The position numbers were made by a program, and so were the translations under genes. DNA of 64,000 nt from NCBI GenBank assembly GCA_964016885.1, contig OZ024756.1:14322001-14386000 (forward strand), given 5' to 3'. The notes under the pieces are model-generated. The model saw nothing but the letters and a program-made list of their open reading frames with translations, searched no databases and had not been told where the DNA came from. Positions 61,771 through 64,000 of this stretch are shown here, one piece after another (the stretch's first letter is position 1; the number at the start of each line of letters is the position of its first letter). Origin of the DNA: Eledone cirrhosa. Taxonomy: Eukaryota.

Positions 61771-62118
61771 GTCATAGTAACTCGCCTCTTCAGATATTAG
61801 TTAACATAGTGTTGTATACCTATTGGTACCTGTGTAGTGAGATACCGATTGAGACTAATAGAAAGCTACATACTAGAAATAAGGTAGTAACTATGTATGT
61901 ATATATATATATATATACAAACATGTATATATATATATACAAATATATATACAAACACACAAACATAGACACAGATGTGAGAAAAACCACAGACCCTCCA
62001 TCTCAACTCACCTTTTGAAAAGCAGAAGAACTGCGAAACCGGTAAAGGAACCAAATAAATATATATATTTTTTAAAAAAAATAAGACTCCAGTTGCATTT
62101 TCGATTTCATCTCTTTTT

Positions 62119-62169
<51 letters not shown>

Positions 62170-62298
62170 GAAGTTCTATTTAAATTGTTGGGATACAACA
62201 AGCAAATATTTTTATAACTGATATAAAGCACTCAACAAATTATTGGAGTAAAAATACGATATATTAACACATGGAAACTATATTTATAAAACCATATT

Positions 62299-62363
62299 TA
62301 TTTCATTATACATATTTCAAGGACACCAAGTTAAATTATGGTGTGCTTTCATCAGATAAAATA
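62299..62363 (-). ncRNA. Type I hammerhead ribozyme in a pLTR-like fragment at 62167-62450
   Basis: tattttat CTGATGA aagcacacca...tggtgtcctt GAAA tatgta TA atgaaata; same family as 8064-8129. Confidence 0.72.
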
Positions 62364-62459
62364 TAATATAGAGCAGTTTTATAAATAAATATTGACATAC
62401 CCTTAAAGAAAGCGACCATTTCTGTTGGAAGCTCCCAATGGTCGCATTTATACATCATT

Positions 62460-63903
62460 TATACATGATGTTCTGGCCGGCTATTGGGCGGTAATTTTTA
62501 GCAAGGGTGGTTTGGCTATTTTGGGGGATGAGGAGAGTAGTGGCAGTTGATAACCATTGGGGCAGTTCTTGTGTGCCTTTGATGGTTTCTCTAAACAGCC
62601 GTATGAGATCTTGCCGATAGAAGGGGGAAATTCTTCAGCCAGTATCCTGTTATGAGGTCTGGGCCTGGTGATTTCCTATTCGACATTTTCTGCAGAGCTG
62701 TTTCCAGTATTGACCCATATGTCATATTCTTTTGTCTGGACATGCTGGCAGCATTCCTGTTCCAGTTCTTTTAGCCATTTAGTTTGTTTACTAAACCCGT
62801 CATTCGTTTCCCATACAGATCTCCAGTAGCTATCAACCTGTTCTTTTGTAGGGTGTCATTTAGAGATTGAGCTTTTTCCATTGAAGCTGCGATAAACTGA
62901 TTTAGGATCTCTGACAAATAATCTATTTAGTACTTGCCGTTTATATTTTAGTCTTTCTGCTACAGCTGTGAGTTGTTGTTTTAACTTGTGTAGTTTTAAA
63001 TCTTGTATCTCCAAATCGCCTCTGTAGTTTTTTCTTACGTCTTCCTGATGTCGTGTGAAGTTGCTTTTTATGTTGCATTTTATAATTACAGTGATCTGTG
63101 CGATACTTCGTCTCATGGACAAAATTTTGGCTTTTAAATTACGCATCCACGCTGGTTCAGGCTTTGTGTTTGTATCTTGGTTGCGTGGTTTTAGTTGTTT
63201 ATGATAGGATAGCAATGTGATAGCTGAAACATATAACAAAATATTATGCATTTCATATGTCGTCTCCACATCTTTGGACCGTGTGGCCTTCAGATAATTG
63301 TCAGCTATTTCGTTTACTGTTCCCAATTCCAATTTAGTGGGTTGTTTACTGATTCTGGTGTTGTATGGTCTGTTGCTCACATTAAGGCTGTGTATCTCTT
63401 GAGACATATCATCCCATATCACTTGTAATGTGTCCACAAGTCTTTGGTGTTCTGTTTGTACAGTAGAAGTATGGATTTCAGCTAGGTTGTTGGTGAGCTG
63501 TTTACTGCTAGATTCAGCTGACCATTCTCTCTGTTCATCAGTGGAAGTGGGGTGGATGTCAGCTACGTTGTTGGTGAGCCGTTTATTGCTAGATTTAGCT
63601 GACCATTCTCTGTGTCTGTCAATGGAAATGGAATGATTGTCTTCAATAGTGTCACTCAGTTCCATTAGATGTATCAATTTACATCTAATGATACGTTTTG
63701 CCTTTTCATTTAAATGTTTTTGGGAAAAGTCTAATTCTGGGTGTTTGGAGTTCCACAAAGTTTTTTAGCCTCTGCATAAAACCGAACTTTTGGGGGTCTG
63801 ATTGTTTGTAAGCTTCATGTAAATCTTTGTTGAGATCATAGCTCCATTGTATACAATGGTTGTAGTTGCGATTTGGTCGAAGGAGATTTATACGTTTTGC
63901 CAT
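62460..63903 (-). pseudogene. 5' part of an R4/Dong-like non-LTR retrotransposon ORF, frameshifted and truncated at the start of RT
   Basis: ATG at 63903; PAWMRNLKAKI; LKQQLTAVAERLK; NRLFVRDPKSVYRSF; KSPGPDLITGYWLK; LPQWLSTATTLLIP; KNYRPIA.QNIMYK, after which the element ends. Confidence 0.8.
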
Positions 63904-64000
63904 GATGAGTTCGTCTATTCACTAATATTTATTTATTTTTCAAAATGGGTCAAATCACCCCTTATATCCCTTTGAAAAAAATTCAAACTAACTCCTGTAC

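Overview
AT-rich eukaryotic genomic DNA, very probably from an octopus (inferred from the tRNA-derived SINE families and the extreme (TA)n/(CA)n/(GA)n load). Nearly all listed ORFs are microsatellite artefacts. The real content has three parts. (1) Phase-0-compatible + strand exons of one large intron-rich gene of unknown identity: about 17002-18513, 28024-28467, 38656-38751, plus an ATG-bearing alternative first exon at 52696-52794; the gene presumably continues past the window. (2) Decayed mobile elements: a Penelope-like retroelement (PLE) with a C-terminal GIY-YIG nuclease and an inverted pseudo-LTR, RTE and R4/Dong-like LINE remnants, a Sola2-like DNA transposon, Tc1/mariner and hAT MITEs, and more than 25 SINE copies. 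(3) The most striking signal: at least a dozen short fold-back (hairpin) elements from many unrelated sequence families, sitting in (TA)n runs. Most carry a recognisable type I hammerhead ribozyme (CUGANGA...GAAA-palindrome-UH), some with 80-105 nt stem II extensions. Many also share a small ACTC...GAGTRC 3' hairpin. All calls are read by eye; nothing was searched or folded computationally.
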